64,000 nucleotides of DNA. Source: Raillietiella orientalis (taxonomy: Eukaryota). A program made the position numbers and the translations under genes. Shown in pieces: positions 1-13,460 of this stretch; position 1 is the first letter of the stretch, and each line of letters begins with the position of its first letter. The stretch covers positions 1,736,001 to 1,800,000 of the forward strand of contig JAYWIR010000023.1 in the NCBI GenBank assembly GCA_036172245.1. Direction: 5' to 3'. The notes below the pieces were generated by a model, which saw nothing but the letters and a program-made list of their open reading frames with translations, made no database searches and was not told where the DNA came from.

Positions 1-3000
1 TCGCTGAATGCGCGCGGGGCTGGAAGAGGAGAGGTAGATCCGGAAAGGCGGAACTTGTCTTCGGTGGGGGAGGGGGAGGGGACAGAGCTGCTGCATCCCG
101 CCTCTGAGAGCGCAGGGAAAGTCAAATCCAGAACGGATACGGTCGGAGTCTCGTTCCGTGCCGCCATCCTGCCTCGCACGGGGAGCCCCTCTGGATAATC
201 CCGAGAGAAAGAGGAATAAAGGGAGGGGGGGCAGGGAAAGGAATGGGAAGAGAAGGAGCGGAGGAGGCCCTTCACCGTCCCCCTCTCCTGCCGATGAGAG
301 GGCAGGAACGAGGACACGGGAAAACCGGAGACGACCCACGCAGGAGGAACTGGAAGTGGTGCCCCACTGCGCACATCCTCGCGTCCCGAAAGATCCGCCC
401 ACGCACAGACCGACGAGCGAAGGAATGCGACCGCTCCCACCTGCCACGGGCGGGTGTGTCATACGGAAAAGTGCTGGCGCCTAGGCTTCCGAGAAGCCGG
501 AAGAAGTGCCCGTCCTCCCCTCTTCCTCCGCGGAGGGACGGCGGGAAGAGGAGAGTCCCTCCGGCCGCCCTCCGAACGTGTGTCCTGGAGGAACGGGTGC
601 GCGGGCACTCCCGAGGTAGCCCGAGCCTGTAGAGTCCGCGGACGGCTACAAGACGTCACTGGTAGCGCTCCGGGATGGATGGGGTGCGCTCCGTCGCGAC
701 GGCGGCTCCTTCACGCCCTCCCCCCCCCCTCCACCCAGGCTGCAAGCGAAGGTCGGAGGAAGCGGAGGGGGAGGAGGTGAACCGTCTTTCCGGAGAGTTT
801 CGCTGGTGTCTGCTAGGTGCGCTCATATTTCGGTCCCTTGGAACGTCGCTGTCCCCAGGCATCGAGTCCTCCCCGCGGAGGAAGGTCACACGCCTGACTC
901 GCTTCAGCATCCGACGGAGGTGCTGCCCTCCCTCGCTCTGCGGCACGGCGGCGGGTCGGGGAAGACGAAAAGAAGGCGGCCGAAGGAGCTTCTCTTCCCC
1001 TCCCTCCACCTGCCCTCCCCCCTTCTCTCTCCCTCCCCTTGTTGGTGTTCCCTCCTTCCACGTTGTGCTCCCTTCCTGGGTACACGGAAGCTCCCTCTCT
1101 CCGTTCGTCTCCAGGAACGGAGAAGACCTGCGGCTTCCCCCCCCACCCCCACCCCTCCGCGGTCTTCCTCACAATGCCAGGAGGTGCGCGCGTCTCCAGG
1201 GAGGCCTCGTGCGGGTCGTCTCTCCCCCCCCGGCTGGCCGCTGGCCCTCCGGGACCATGATCTGTCGTGCCGAGCGAGCTCGAAGTGAGCGCCCTCACCT
1301 CGTCCCGCTGGCGACTGATCCTTCCGGAAATCCCCCTCTCGGCTGCCGCTCGATGTCTCGAGGGGCAAGGTCACTAACCCCTTTAGGAATCCCATACGCG
1401 GAAGGTCCCCCGGAACGAGTGGCGCGCCTCCGCGACCCCGACTGCGACCCCGCCGCATCAGCAGCATGGCAAGTAGCTCGACTTCTGGTCGGGTCACCGC
1501 GCTGTCGCGCACGGTGACCGACCAGCCGTCTGTCGATCTGGCCTTTCCACTCGCAACAGAAGGGTTGCGCGCTCGGCCTTGCGCTCAGGATCTCAACAAA
1601 CAGACCCTCGGGGCTGTCCGCCAGGCGGCTCGTTTAGCCGGATGGACGAGTACCTCGTCGTCGTGCGCGGTCCCTCTTGGGACGAGGAGCCAGTTCTTCC
1701 CCGCCAGCGAGGAGAGGGTGCGCTGAGGGAGGGGATAAAGGAGATCCCCTTACCCTTGGTTGCGAGATTCTCCCCTGTCCTTGTGTTGTCGAGATTCTCA
1801 GGAGACGAGGTGGTTGCGCCGCCGGAGATACGGGAGGATCCGAGAAAAGTTCCCGAAAGTTCGAGGACGTACCCTCATGGTGGTCCTCCAGGAGAGCCTG
1901 CAGAGCCCCATGGGACGAGACCCCTTCCCCCCTCAGGGAAGCGAAGACCCGCTGCGATAGGATCGCGACCCTTTTTCCCATCTTCTTCCCTTCCATCCCT
2001 CCCTCATGCAGACTCCCTTGTCTCCCCCAAAAGAGCGAAGGGTCCAGGTTTCCGTGCCCCTCTTGCTGGTGTGGCCCCTCTCCAAGGTCGAGCGCGTCCT
2101 CGACCTTGGGGAAAGCTGAAAGAAGGAACGAGGTGTAGGGAGCAGAGAGCCTTACCTTCCGGCTTGCCCCTCCACACGTCATGGCATGCCAGAAGGAGGT
2201 CGCGCCGGCAGCTCGGCGTGCCTGAATAGGCCAAAGGGACCGTCTCTGCGGCTGAGTGGGGACCGGTCACGGAGTTGTCTTGTGGGAAGTGTTGTCGGGG
2301 CGACAGACGGTCGAGAAGCAGCCCCGGAAGTTGAGCGCGGGACGGGGACCAGCACGGAGTTGGGGCGGCCTGGGCTAGAGAGGGTGTCGACGTGCATCGG
2401 TGGGACCCGAGACCGGAAGGGAAGGAGGGGAAAGGTAGTGGACCGGGAAGATCCGGCCGGCCCCATTGCCCGCCGGAGGTCACGTGGAGAAACCTGGAGC
2501 TGAGTAGGTTCCGGAGGAAGGGGAAGCCAAGCACGCGACGAATGCCTTCTCGGGGCGCTTCCCCAACCCGGTTCGCAGGCAGCATGAACCCCCCGCCCAA
2601 CTGTTCCGTAGCTCCAGCTCATCCCGCGATGGCCCGCGGCAGTGCAGGCTAGGGGATCGGAGGGGAGCAGAGAAATTACCGGAAGTCGAGAGGCCGAGGA
2701 GCCTGGGCTGGGGAGGAGCGGAATGTCTCTCGGCCCAGAAAGACGCTGCAAATCTTTCCTGAAAGCTTTACGAAGGAAGGGAGGTCTGCGCAGGCTCTCT
2801 TGAGCGCAGCCCGCGCAGTGCGCGATGCTCCTGCAGGGCGCATGCGCACGGATGCCACGCGTGCGTCGAGATTGCTCGGCACATCCTTTCCTTTCGTCCT
2901 TCCCGGGGGAAACTGCATGATCATCAGACGGCCGGGTCTCATTGCGAGCGGGGCGCAGATGTCGCGTGTCGGCGAGAGTCATCGGGACGCAGGGTGCGTC

Positions 3001-6000
3001 TCAGGGCAGCACGTGAGCGCCGCTGGCTGCTGCTGCTGCGAGGAGACTGGGTTCCGAGCGCGGCGGAAGATCGACGGATCGCACGTGCTGGCAAGGACTG
3101 AGGGGGAGGAGGAGGAGGAGGAAGAACCGACTCGGCTTGGCGGGCGTGCGGAGCGGTACCGCTCCCGGATCACGCGCGTGGGAACGAGCAGACGACGTCT
3201 CCGGGCCGCGCGACACGCGATGAGAGCCCGTCCGTTGCGTGCTTCGATGGTCCTCCGCCCCCGCAATCACGCGCGAGCGGCATCTGCCGGTCGCGCCCCG
3301 CATCTGACTTCCTTTCGGGACGGAAGCAGCGGACCTTCCGGCGAAGATGATGCCGCCGCCGACGGAAAAGCAGGAGCAACAGGAAGAGGGGAGTTCTCTC
3401 GTCCTTCCCGGGGAGTTCCCGGGCAGCTGCAGGGAGAGCGCAACCTCCCGGACCGGGCCGGTTCTGGAGCCACCTCAATGGCGGCTCCAGTCGGGACGTG
3501 CGCGCCGCGTTCCCCGAGTTTCCCTTCCAAGCTTTCCCCCCTCCCCTTCGTCGTTCTTCTTTCCAGCGAGTACCCCCGACAGGAACTCGGGAAAGCGATC
3601 TTTCTCTTCTTCCTCATTCCCGTTCCTTTGCCTCCAACTGCCCCCAGGAATCCGAGAACCGATTGCTCCTTCTCGAGAGAAACTTCCGAGGATAAGAAAA
3701 CGAGGGAACTCCCCCAAGTCCTTCGGAGGATTTGCCGCTCGAGGGAAGGTAGGGGGGGAAGGGAATCGGGGTGACGAAGAGACAAAGGAAGGGAGGATCA
3801 ACCCGTTCGCCCCCCCCCCCTCCTCCTTTGTCTCTGCGGTGCTGCCGGAGCGCCCACCCGCGCAGCTTTTGGTCCTCCCCCGCCCGGGTCCGGAATGCTC
3901 TGAACTGCGCTCAGTAGAGGGTCGCCGCGGCCTTGAAAAGGGAAGCACTGGGAGACGCAGCCGATCTCACCTTCCAGCAACGCATCCCGCCGAACGAGAG
4001 GAAACGGAAGGGAAGAGAGGCGCCGTTTCGTTCAGAGTCGAACGGAGGGTCCCGAGCGTAGAGAGGCTTGGTCGGAGTCCTTCCGCTGGGAAACCCTGAT
4101 TCGGGAGTACGAGAAAGAAAAAAAAAGTTTTCTTGCTTCCTTGACGCATCCTCCTGCGGGATTCGGTAGGGGGGAGGGAGAATGGTCTCACTTCCGTCTC
4201 TGCTCCAATACTTCGCAGTAGTCGAAGGATTTTCACTTTCTGTCGGCCGCCGTCGGCAGCGCAGCGGCCGCCGGGCTCCTTCTGTTGCCCTGGTGACAGA
4301 GGTTCCGGCTTCCAATCCCTCCGGACGCCGTTTGCTTTCCTCCCTCCTGCGCGCGGCTCACAGGACGCTACCGTCGTCCGTTGCCTGGCGTCCCTCAGCT
4401 TCGGGACGAAGTGCCCGGCGATGACGACGGGCAGCTCCTACCGGAGCGTTCGCAGACTGGAGATCCTCGAAGGTCGTGCGGAGTTTCAGGTGGTCCCCCA
4501 ACCACGCAAAGAGGGAGCTGCTACTATCGTTAGCTCGGTAGTCCTCTGACGGGACGACCGAGCAGCCGCTCCTGACGTCACACCCGCCATCCGGAAACCG
4601 GTAAGCTGCCTGAAAGTACCGCCCAGCAGCGCGGCGCTCCGTTTCCAGCAGCCTGCATCTTCCTCGGAAGGGCCTGCCCGCATCCGCATCTTGACAGTCC
4701 CTCGTGCTCAATCTTCGATCCGGGACGCTGCCACCAGAGAGGAGGTTCCAGGCTGTGCAGCAGGCGTACGGGAGCTTGGAAACCATCCTCAGAGCAACAG
4801 CATAGCTGCTGCTTTGTTCTCCAAGGCACATCAAGGTGGTCAAGAAACTCAACGGGACGCAGTTTTTGGGTGCTGAACAGGCAGACGCACCACCGTGTGG
4901 ATCGTGCGCGATCCGTGTGGTGCATCTGCGACCGTGCGTCTCTGCACTAGTTCTTCTTCTTAATTAAAAAAAAAAACAAAGAATCATAAGGAAGCATCGA
5001 GTGTAGAATTAGCATAAAAAACGAAAATGTGAAAATTATGGACGAAATGGAAATTGTCAAATTTACGAAACATCCTCGATGATGGAAAGGCAAACAGGGA
5101 ATGTGGAACTCTTGATTGTGAGGACGGGCGTGACTTTCCCGACACTGTGCAGCGCAGATGCCACTTTTCGTTCTTCCTCCTTGACTTCGCCATTTCGTCC
5201 AGACACTCGCGTGGCCGTCTGGACGTTCCTGAGGCCCGACCTCTGCCGAAAGTCCCTCCCTCCGCGAGCTCTCTTCGACACCCTCACCCTTCGTTCGTGC
5301 TCGTCCTAGCGGTGGTGCCACACGTGTGTTCTCTTGCAGAAGACGCTTGGAAGCTCTGCGAGGATCGCAGACACTAGAGGAACCCGGGTGGAACCTCGCC
5401 CGGGGTCCAGGCAGCTGATTCCCGTTCTCGGGACTCCTCAGTGCCCAGAGCCGCAAAGAACGCGAGCTTCCCACAAGTCGCGCCTCAGCTGGACATGTTG
5501 CGGGTCTCCTTGTCGTGGTCCCAAGGGTCACTCGACCACAATCCGACTGGATTTGGCACCGTCGCGGGCACGTTCTCCTCTTCCGCTGCTTGGGCTTGAG
5601 ATAAACAGCCTCAGCATAAGATGCACGGGGAACCCCCAATCTGGAAACTGTTATCACTTGCAGCTCTGAGTGTTGAAAGCTGGATGCGACCAAGACAAAC
5701 AACTTCAGCGGCTGTTTCTCAAGTCTATGACTGCCTATATAGTCTATGACTCAAGTTGCCTTCTCTCATATGCATGAGATGGGCACTCCAGGAGAACAGT
5801 CCATGTGATGGATTGATGCTCTTTAATTGAACGCACCTATTAGCGACCATTTTAACAAGTAGATAATTATCTAAAGTGACTGTAGAGCTCCTTTTCGTCC
5901 TAAATGCCAACCTGTAGCAGTTGCAGAGCATCAGAATCATTGTAAATCTATCAAAGAGATCATGGAGCACGTTCGTTCGAGTGAATTACTATGAATTACA

Positions 6001-7212
6001 TTGCAGTATGTATAATAATTACACTCCGTCTCAAGGCGCTGGACGTTCGAGCACGCAACTATGCGATTCAAAATACCTGCCATAGCAGACTCCAACTCGT
6101 TGCTAAGTTGATGAGCATCGAAACCACGGAATGGGAATTGATTTTCAAAAACTCAGGGAGGTACCCATTAATAGGCCAATCTAGACATTAAACACTCTTT
6201 GGATATGCGCGCGTGACGACATAAAAGGAGCAATGACAACTCTCGAAGATGCTCTAAAAGATATCACCTAGCGTGTCGGTTATATTGATGACACTTTAAA
6301 TTACACTTTCTTTTTTTTTTTTTTTTGCTTTCCGTTACGATATTTGTACGGTGATCCAGAAGGATGCATCAATTGTGGATGCAGCACGGTCGTCTTCGAT
6401 CCTCGGAGGAAGCAGCTTTTCGATACCCGGGTTTGATGGGCGGGAGACGGGATCCGTGGGCGCAATTTACGTTCATAGGAGGCTGGCGCATCCCTCAAGC
6501 CGCTGCCAAACTTGTAATCACAGAAAACCGACTCCAGCAAGAGCCCCCTACAGACACTTATCTCTTGCAGTCAAGGCTCCTCTCATTTGGTTAGGAATAG
6601 AGCACCATGGGAAGGAAATGTATAGAACAGGAATACCTTGGGTAATTCTAGAGGGAGGGGAAGAGCTGCCATTATTGGCTCAGATAAGAAAAAGAATGGG
6701 GGGGGAGGCATACAGAAACACATTAAGGACACCAGAGCGGATTCATGAAGATTTTTGTTTTGTAGATGAGAAGAGGGATTTTTCGGTACATCAAGTAATT
6801 TTCCTTTTTAATTTCCCAGTAAGCGTTCCGGAGTTCCAGGAAGGAAAATGGGGAACGAAAAAGCACGATCGGGCAGAGCGCTGCTGGGAAGGGACGCAGA
6901 GAGTTCTGCGCCAACAGGGCACGCGCGCTGTAAGAGCAGCCTAGCATTCGGGTCGTGAATCATCACCTGCGGATTCTGTGCTTTTCGCACATGGGGACTC
7001 CTCGCGGAAAAGGTGATAATTTGAATTCGAATGGCCGTCCTTGCGAGAGAGGAAGGTGATCTTTCCTTGGACTCAGACATCCGTCCTATATGATGTCTAC
7101 CAACTTCTGCTCCTCGGATGCCTTTCCCTTCATTGGATGATGTTGAGAAATGATGACCGCCGGCACGAAATGGTACATGAAGCTCGGAAGTTGCGGATGC
7201 TACGGATCGAGT

Positions 7213-7245
7213 CTCCTGTCTATACATGGAATGTATAGACAGGAG
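7213..7245. repeat. Perfect 15-bp inverted repeat with a 3-nt loop
   Basis: CTCCTGTCTATACAT-GGA-ATGTATAGACAGGAG. Confidence 0.9.
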
Positions 7246-8999
7246 GTTCACTATATAAACAGCAAGGAATGGGACCGAATATGCAGAAGATGCAGAGCAC
7301 AGGAGGGAGAAATGCCTACATCGCATCAGCCACTGCGCCTATCATGAGAGCCACATGACGAACTTGTGCGTCAAAAAAAGACCACTCGACAGGAGTGGGA
7401 ACAAAAACTGACTTCGAACAGCCCTTTCCCAGGAAACGATTCTAGGTTGAAGCCAAAATTGCTACCAGGGAGAAGACAACGTCTTGGACAGTCTTCCACA
7501 GAACTCAAGACCAAAGAAGAACAGGAAATGTCGTGGTCTGGCTACCTAGTTTGCCGCTCCCTGGCTACCATAAGAGCAATCGATGTAGAGATCCAGAGGA
7601 TCATGGAATCCAGAGAACGACGATGTATACCCAGGAGACTAAAGATCCCGGAGTGGCAGGGAAGGAAGCAGGCATCAGGGAGGAGACGATCTGCACAACT
7701 CTGCAGCACTCAGAAGGCAACATGGGCCACCTCCCGAACTCGGACCATCTTGCCAGCCGATGCCAGCCGAAGAACGGAGGTCGATCTATAAAGGGATCGC
7801 CATATTGCGGACATGATGGGATGGTTCCCACCACTGTTTGTACACCCCTTCATCACACCCTGTAGGGACCTCTTGTGAATGAGTGAAAGCAGCTCATCAT
7901 TTTCTGCATGCATACGATGAGTGCTCTTATGGGGGTCACAAGCTTGGGATGTTGCTTCTCCGAGGGGCGCATTTTCTGCTACTGCACGGGAGATTCAAAA
8001 GTTGTTCACCTTCCCATATCAGCAAATTAGAGGTCATTCGGTGTAGCAACCTAATGGTGAATTGTTGTACTCGGTAAATGGAGAGCCAAGGATCTGGAAT
8101 CGGAAAGCTCACTTGCTCCATTTAACAAAACCTGCCTCACCACTTTGAAATGATGTCTCTCGATGAATTTGGCGATGAGGCCGAGGGCTCCGTTGCTGCA
8201 TCCAGCGCTCCTCACCTTCGGTTCTTCGGAACACAGAGCTCTGGGCCTTCTTCCTTAGTTGCAGCAGGAAAGGAAAGCGGTAGGGAACCCGCTGGCAGGA
8301 ACGCAATTTAACAGGTTCTCTTAGGGAACCAACGCAAACACTCAGCACGTCATCTTCACCTTTCCAAAAGGTCGGAGTTCCAGATCAGGACAGACGGCAC
8401 TTGTTGCAGGATCCTGATGGCGTCACCAAGAATGAAATTCTCTCTTTTCATATCATCCCTTTGTGCCTCAAGGTGCTTGCTCCGTTGTCCTTCGTGAGCC
8501 TCCTCTCTCTAGGACCAGCTTTGAAGCACGCGGAGGACTCATTTTCCGATCTCCACTTCATCCAAGAGCTTGGTTTCTTGAAATATCTTCTAGAGCTGTG
8601 GCCGACGAACGCAGCGGTGGTCCTGTCCGGAAACCCACTTGGATGCACCAGAACGTCACTCCTTCTGCCCGTGACAACGCAGCCTTCGGTAACGTGACGT
8701 CTTGAGATTTCCTGTCTACTCTCAAAGCCTACAGTGTGGCAGACAAGACACGCCCCCTTTTCGCAGGTGGCTTCTTAATTAAGCTCAAGAGCAGGCTGTG
8801 GATACCGAATGTTGGCATCACTCCATCTGCTAACCGTCCACCGCTGGCTCATCATCTTCGTTGATGTTCACTTGCGATCCACGAAGAAAGCTCAAACTCT
8901 TTTCTGGACTCGTGTTCTGATTCCTGTGGGTGGATACTCTTAGAGACGGAATGCTAGTTCGTCATGATAACGGGGGGATTCATGAATGAACGTCCTGAG

Positions 9000-9037
9000 T
9001 AAAGTACCCAACTCTTGCTAAAGTACCCAACTCTTGC
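9000..9037. repeat. Perfect 19-bp tandem duplication
   Basis: (TAAAGTACCCAACTCTTGC)2. Confidence 0.9.
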
Positions 9038-10157
9038 GTATTGCCAACATTCCTACACTTTGCTGGTGCGCTGCAGCCGTTCCTGTCACCATGAGAGGAC
9101 ACGTGCGGAGTCCACTCTCTGGTGACCTCTAAAACGCGCGAGAAATCGAATTTCCCCCACTGCGCCACAGTCCTGGAGGAGTTTGCGGATCATGATCCGA
9201 AAACAGCTGCCCAGCGCGAGTCGAGGGCCAGGGTTCCCCTCAAGAACTTGGATTTCCGCAGTTTCCCATCAGCCTCCATGAAAGGGGAAACAACAAGATG
9301 GAGCTCACTGGCTCTCCTTCAGAATGGAAAGACGAATGAATGACGACCGTGCGTACACAAGAAACACTGATAGGGGAACTGGAACCATTGCAAGAGGAAG
9401 GAGTCACGACAAGAGTCCAGCAGCACCTTGCCGTTTTGCTAGGACCTTGTGGACCTGATTTTTCTTTGAGATTCGTTCCCTCCCTTTTTTTTCTTCCAAG
9501 CAAAAAGAAATCTCCATGAGAAACCCATTCGCGCGCATGCCGTGACCTCCACTGATAGACCTCGGGTGTAGGGACGAACGGAAGCTGAGAACTGCCTTCT
9601 AGAGGAATTGTATCCTTCCAGGAATAAGAATGGTCGTTCAGTACAAGCGGATAACAAAGATCTCCTCCCAAAATAGGGTTGGAGGTTTTCCACCTGCGAT
9701 CGCACCCGCCCCGGCGAGAATTCACCTCCAGCATCCGTGCCGAACGGAGTGCTGCGTCTTAGCGACCCCTCATCGGAGAGCATCCCTATCGGGAGAGGAC
9801 CGTGGCTTGCGTGGGTCGAGCTGTTCCCCACTCGCCGGGCAACCCGCGCCGTTCTCCGCCCATTGCTGCTCTCGTCCAGATAGCCTCCGCGTGCTCTCCG
9901 GAGTGCCGCACCGGCGTTTCCGCCTCGGTTCTACAGATGCTGAGATAGAAGGAAAGGAAATCCGGGGATTCCCGGAAGCCAGCTCCGTCTCAAAAAGGAA
10001 TGCGTTTGAGAGAAATGGTGCCCGGTTACCGGGGAGGACGGACCCAGGACCGCCGGAAACAGAGGCGAGGGCAGGGAGAGCGGCTCCAGACACGACTCCG
10101 AACAGCGTTCTGCCCGTCCCTTGCGCTCCTGGCCTCCATATCAGCGTATCCTTTCAG

Positions 10158-10196
10158 TCGATCGAGGGTTCTGCTTCGAGCAGAACCTTCGATCGA
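10158..10196. repeat. 18-bp inverted repeat (one G.T pair) with a 3-nt loop
   Basis: TCGATCGAGGGTTCTGCT-TCG-AGCAGAACCTTCGATCGA. Confidence 0.9.
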
Positions 10197-13015
10197 TCAC
10201 CCGTGCGAACAGCGTCCTGGATGCAAGACGCGGATCCTTCGCGCGGAAGATGCGCGGAGTGGGACGGGACGTCGCTGCAACTCATTCGCGGCAAGGCCGC
10301 GTGTGATGTGCTGATTCCGGCGCCGGCAGGCGCGGAGGTGCAGAGAAAGGCAAAGAGGAGGCCAAGTTGAGGAGGGTGAGGCAAGAACGGCGGCTTGCAA
10401 CCGGCCCATCCGGGAGGCGGCGCGCGAGTTCGCCCAGCGAAGAAGAAGGACGGAGCCACCGCCCTCGGCGTCCCTCCGATAGACGGGCGTCCACCCGGCG
10501 GGCCTCCTTTTCGCCGCAGGAGGAGCGCGGGCGTTGGTCCCGGCCACGGTATTTGGGACGCCGGGGTCCTGGGATCCTCGGGTGACGACGGTACCCCACG
10601 GAAGCCCGAAGTTTTTCGTCAGCACGTAGGTGGACCGCTTGAGGGTGCACAGCGGCGGTGGTGCCTTCCACCACGAGGCTGGACCGCCAGATGGAGCAGA
10701 TGAAGCAGGAGCCAGAGGGAATCCGCAGAGACCTCGGCAGGCTCCGCAGTCACGCTCAGCAGTTTGCTTCCGCGTTCGGAGGGAGCAGCGCCCTTCCTCC
10801 AGGATAAATAGATCGTGAAAATGGTGGCAGGTGCATTCAAGACGTGCATGACGTGCACCCCGAGTTCTTAAGGAAACCTCCGTTCCGCGGGGCAACCGAT
10901 ACCACGTGGCCTATGAATCTGAGGGGGAGTCATGCAAAAAGCGACTCGACACCCCGTCAAGATGAGCAGCTCCCGCAGCGAGGGTTGCGATCTCCAGAGG
11001 GAGGGAGACATCCGCAAGTTTGGCATCGGCACACCTGCGGCACATCTTCGGCATGAACACCGCGGGTTCGAGAACGCTGGAGCAGGGTTCTTACGCTCCG
11101 TCCGGTGTCCGCTGCGCCGCGGGTGACCGCCTAGACGACCTAGAGGGTTCCTTCGCCACCAAAAGCAGGTCCCTGGCTTTCGCTCACTGCAAGAGGGCTC
11201 TCGCGGGGATCAAAGAGGAAGGAGAAATCTGCCCCGGGTTCCCCGACGCGTGTGGGCCTCTTCCGACGTACGGACGGACTCGTCTCTTCGGTCCCGGGCC
11301 TCTCGGGCTGCACGCCGAGGGGTGGCGCCCTCTCTGGTCACCAACCGAACGAGCACGCATCACTGCCGCTGCTCGTTTGCTTTTGGGTGGCAGCGGCGCG
11401 GGACGATGGAGACTTCCCCATGGATGTCTGGCGAGAGCCGGCATTCGGGGGACGCGGGGAAGAGCCCTGGGCTCGCCGCTGGTCCTCCAGATCGCAAAGA
11501 GGGAGAATCTGCGTTTCAGGGGGTATCCTCTTCCGACACGCGGTTGCGGGAGGCGGCTCGCATATCCCTCACCTCTAGTGAGTCGATCGCGGCAGTACGT
11601 GCGTAGGAATCCTGCCGTCGTCAAGCAAACACCAATCAGTGCGTTCGCGCAGACTTAAGGGAGAGGAAGGGGGAGGGGGGGAAGTGGAAGAGCGAAGGAC
11701 GGAGTACAGTCAACTCGGATGAACCAAGCGCATGGCCCCCGGCGGGGCTGCCTGCTGACGCCCTCGGCGAATGAACGAGGAACAAGGCACCTTCCCGCTC
11801 CGAGCGATTGACCCCGGGACGCGCGGTGAGGAAGGATCTCGGAAGCCCCTTCTCCCTCGCGTGAGTCAGGGAAGAACACGGAAACGCCCCGGATTCATCT
11901 CTCCCGCCCCGTGCGGTTCGGTCTCGCGGACGTCGGTCGCTCAGGATCCCCTCTCACGATGTCTCGCGAGGCTGGACCGAAGCCCCGGGTCGTCTCCAGG
12001 AAGAGGGAAGACGTAGGAATGCGAAAAGAAAAAAAAAAAAAAGAGCAGCAGACGGATTCGGTGACGGATGCTGAAGCTGGGAGAGTGGGGGCGAACCCTC
12101 TGTGGCTTCACAAGGGGACCACCAAAGAACAGGAAACCGGGAGACGGTGGCTGCGAGGTGGATCCTCCTGGAGCGCCCTCCGTCAGCAAGGAAAAGAACG
12201 ATCCGGCCTGCTGAGGCATGGAGGAACGATCCCGGGCTGCCGTTCTCGCTGGTTCGGAGTAGCAGGAGCGGCTATCACCGGGATTACCAGCTCCCCGGCG
12301 CGGATGTCCTCCAAGCACTGAGTCACGTGATGGCAGGGATGACGCCCAGGGAGAGAGGGAAGGGGAGGAAAGAGAAGGGGACAACTCTAATGGCAGACGG
12401 AGCACCGAGTCTCCACTTCACCCACCGCGACGAAGGCCGAGGTCCCTGGGGACTGTCCTGGCCCACTAAGTCCAGTTCAACCACGCAGCTTCCCCGGAAA
12501 ACGGAACGGCTTACGATGGAAGAGAGGATGGCCCGTGGTCCCCGGCGGCTGAGGCTCTGGGATCGAGATCACGTGCTCTGGATGCCGCTAAACTGCTGCC
12601 CCGGATGAAGAGGAAGCTGGGATGCCCCGCAGCCTCGGTTCGCACCTTTGCTCTCTTTTGAGGTACTGCCCGCGGCAACAGAGAAAGCAGCCGGCGTAGC
12701 GCGATGCAGTCGCGGCCTCCGGACAGCGGACGAAGAGGCATCCAGTGGTGCCAAGGGATGAAGAAGGGGGGGACTCGCTTCTCCTTAGGTCATCCCGATC
12801 CGCACTTGCGCTGCGCCGCGCTCCGAGTCGGCGATCACGAAACGTGGACCAGAGGAAGACTCCTCGCCGAGGACGAGTTCCCTCCCTACCTTTGCCTCGT
12901 CTTCGCCTTCTCTTCACGGGACGCGTCTTTCGCGAACAGGAACGGGGCGAGGGAAACTGCGCCCACTAATCTTCTCGCACGAAGCCAGAGGATTTTCAGT
13001 CTAGTCAGTCCAGGG

Positions 13016-13460
13016 AGTTTATTTTAAAAAAAAATTATAAAAAATATACAGCAAGACATGAAGTCCCAACAAGAACAATTCTTCAGGGGGTGCCTGTAAA
13101 GGGAACGAGAAGAGGAAGGAATGGGGTAAGAAGAGAGAGGGACAGAGGAAAGAAGTGAAAATAAAAACTAAATAGGCAAGAGCAACTGTTCTTATGCTTG
13201 AGGGGTCATCGGCGAGGGGATCACACTGCCCGTTCCGTCGAGTCCTCTGCATCCTACGCAGTCATGCCGGCAAACTCCTCCTGATGGCGTTACCCCAATG
13301 CCATTACGTCGCGATCCTCAGGAAGCGGATGGCGAAGTAGATGACTTTGTTATTCCTCCCTCCACTTGGTTACTCGTAGCAACGATGTCGCGGGAGCAGC
13401 GCAGCACAGCGATTGAGGCGTCATGGCACTCTGAGAAAAGAGGGTCTTTTCAACTCGACA
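13016..13460 (-). mobile_element. Diverged second copy of the same LINE 3' end
   Basis: The reverse complement shares ordered blocks with 37970-38383: ccctctt, catcgtYgct, gggagga, cttcctgaggatYgcgac, ttgccgRcat, aggat...ggact, gatcccYt...acccc, a T-rich tract, tgttgg and a terminal ataaact. Confidence 0.6.

Noticed and set aside
4290..4332. tRNA T-arm or B-box-like sequence
   Set aside because: Lacks GTTCRA and a cloverleaf.
4951..5500. Possible minus-strand LINE 3' end with a short (AAG)n tail
   Set aside because: No recognisable ORF2 motif upstream; the tail has only about 3 units.
6351..8700. Coding-like ORFs, possibly a decayed retroelement
   Set aside because: No ordered set of diagnostic motifs could be established.
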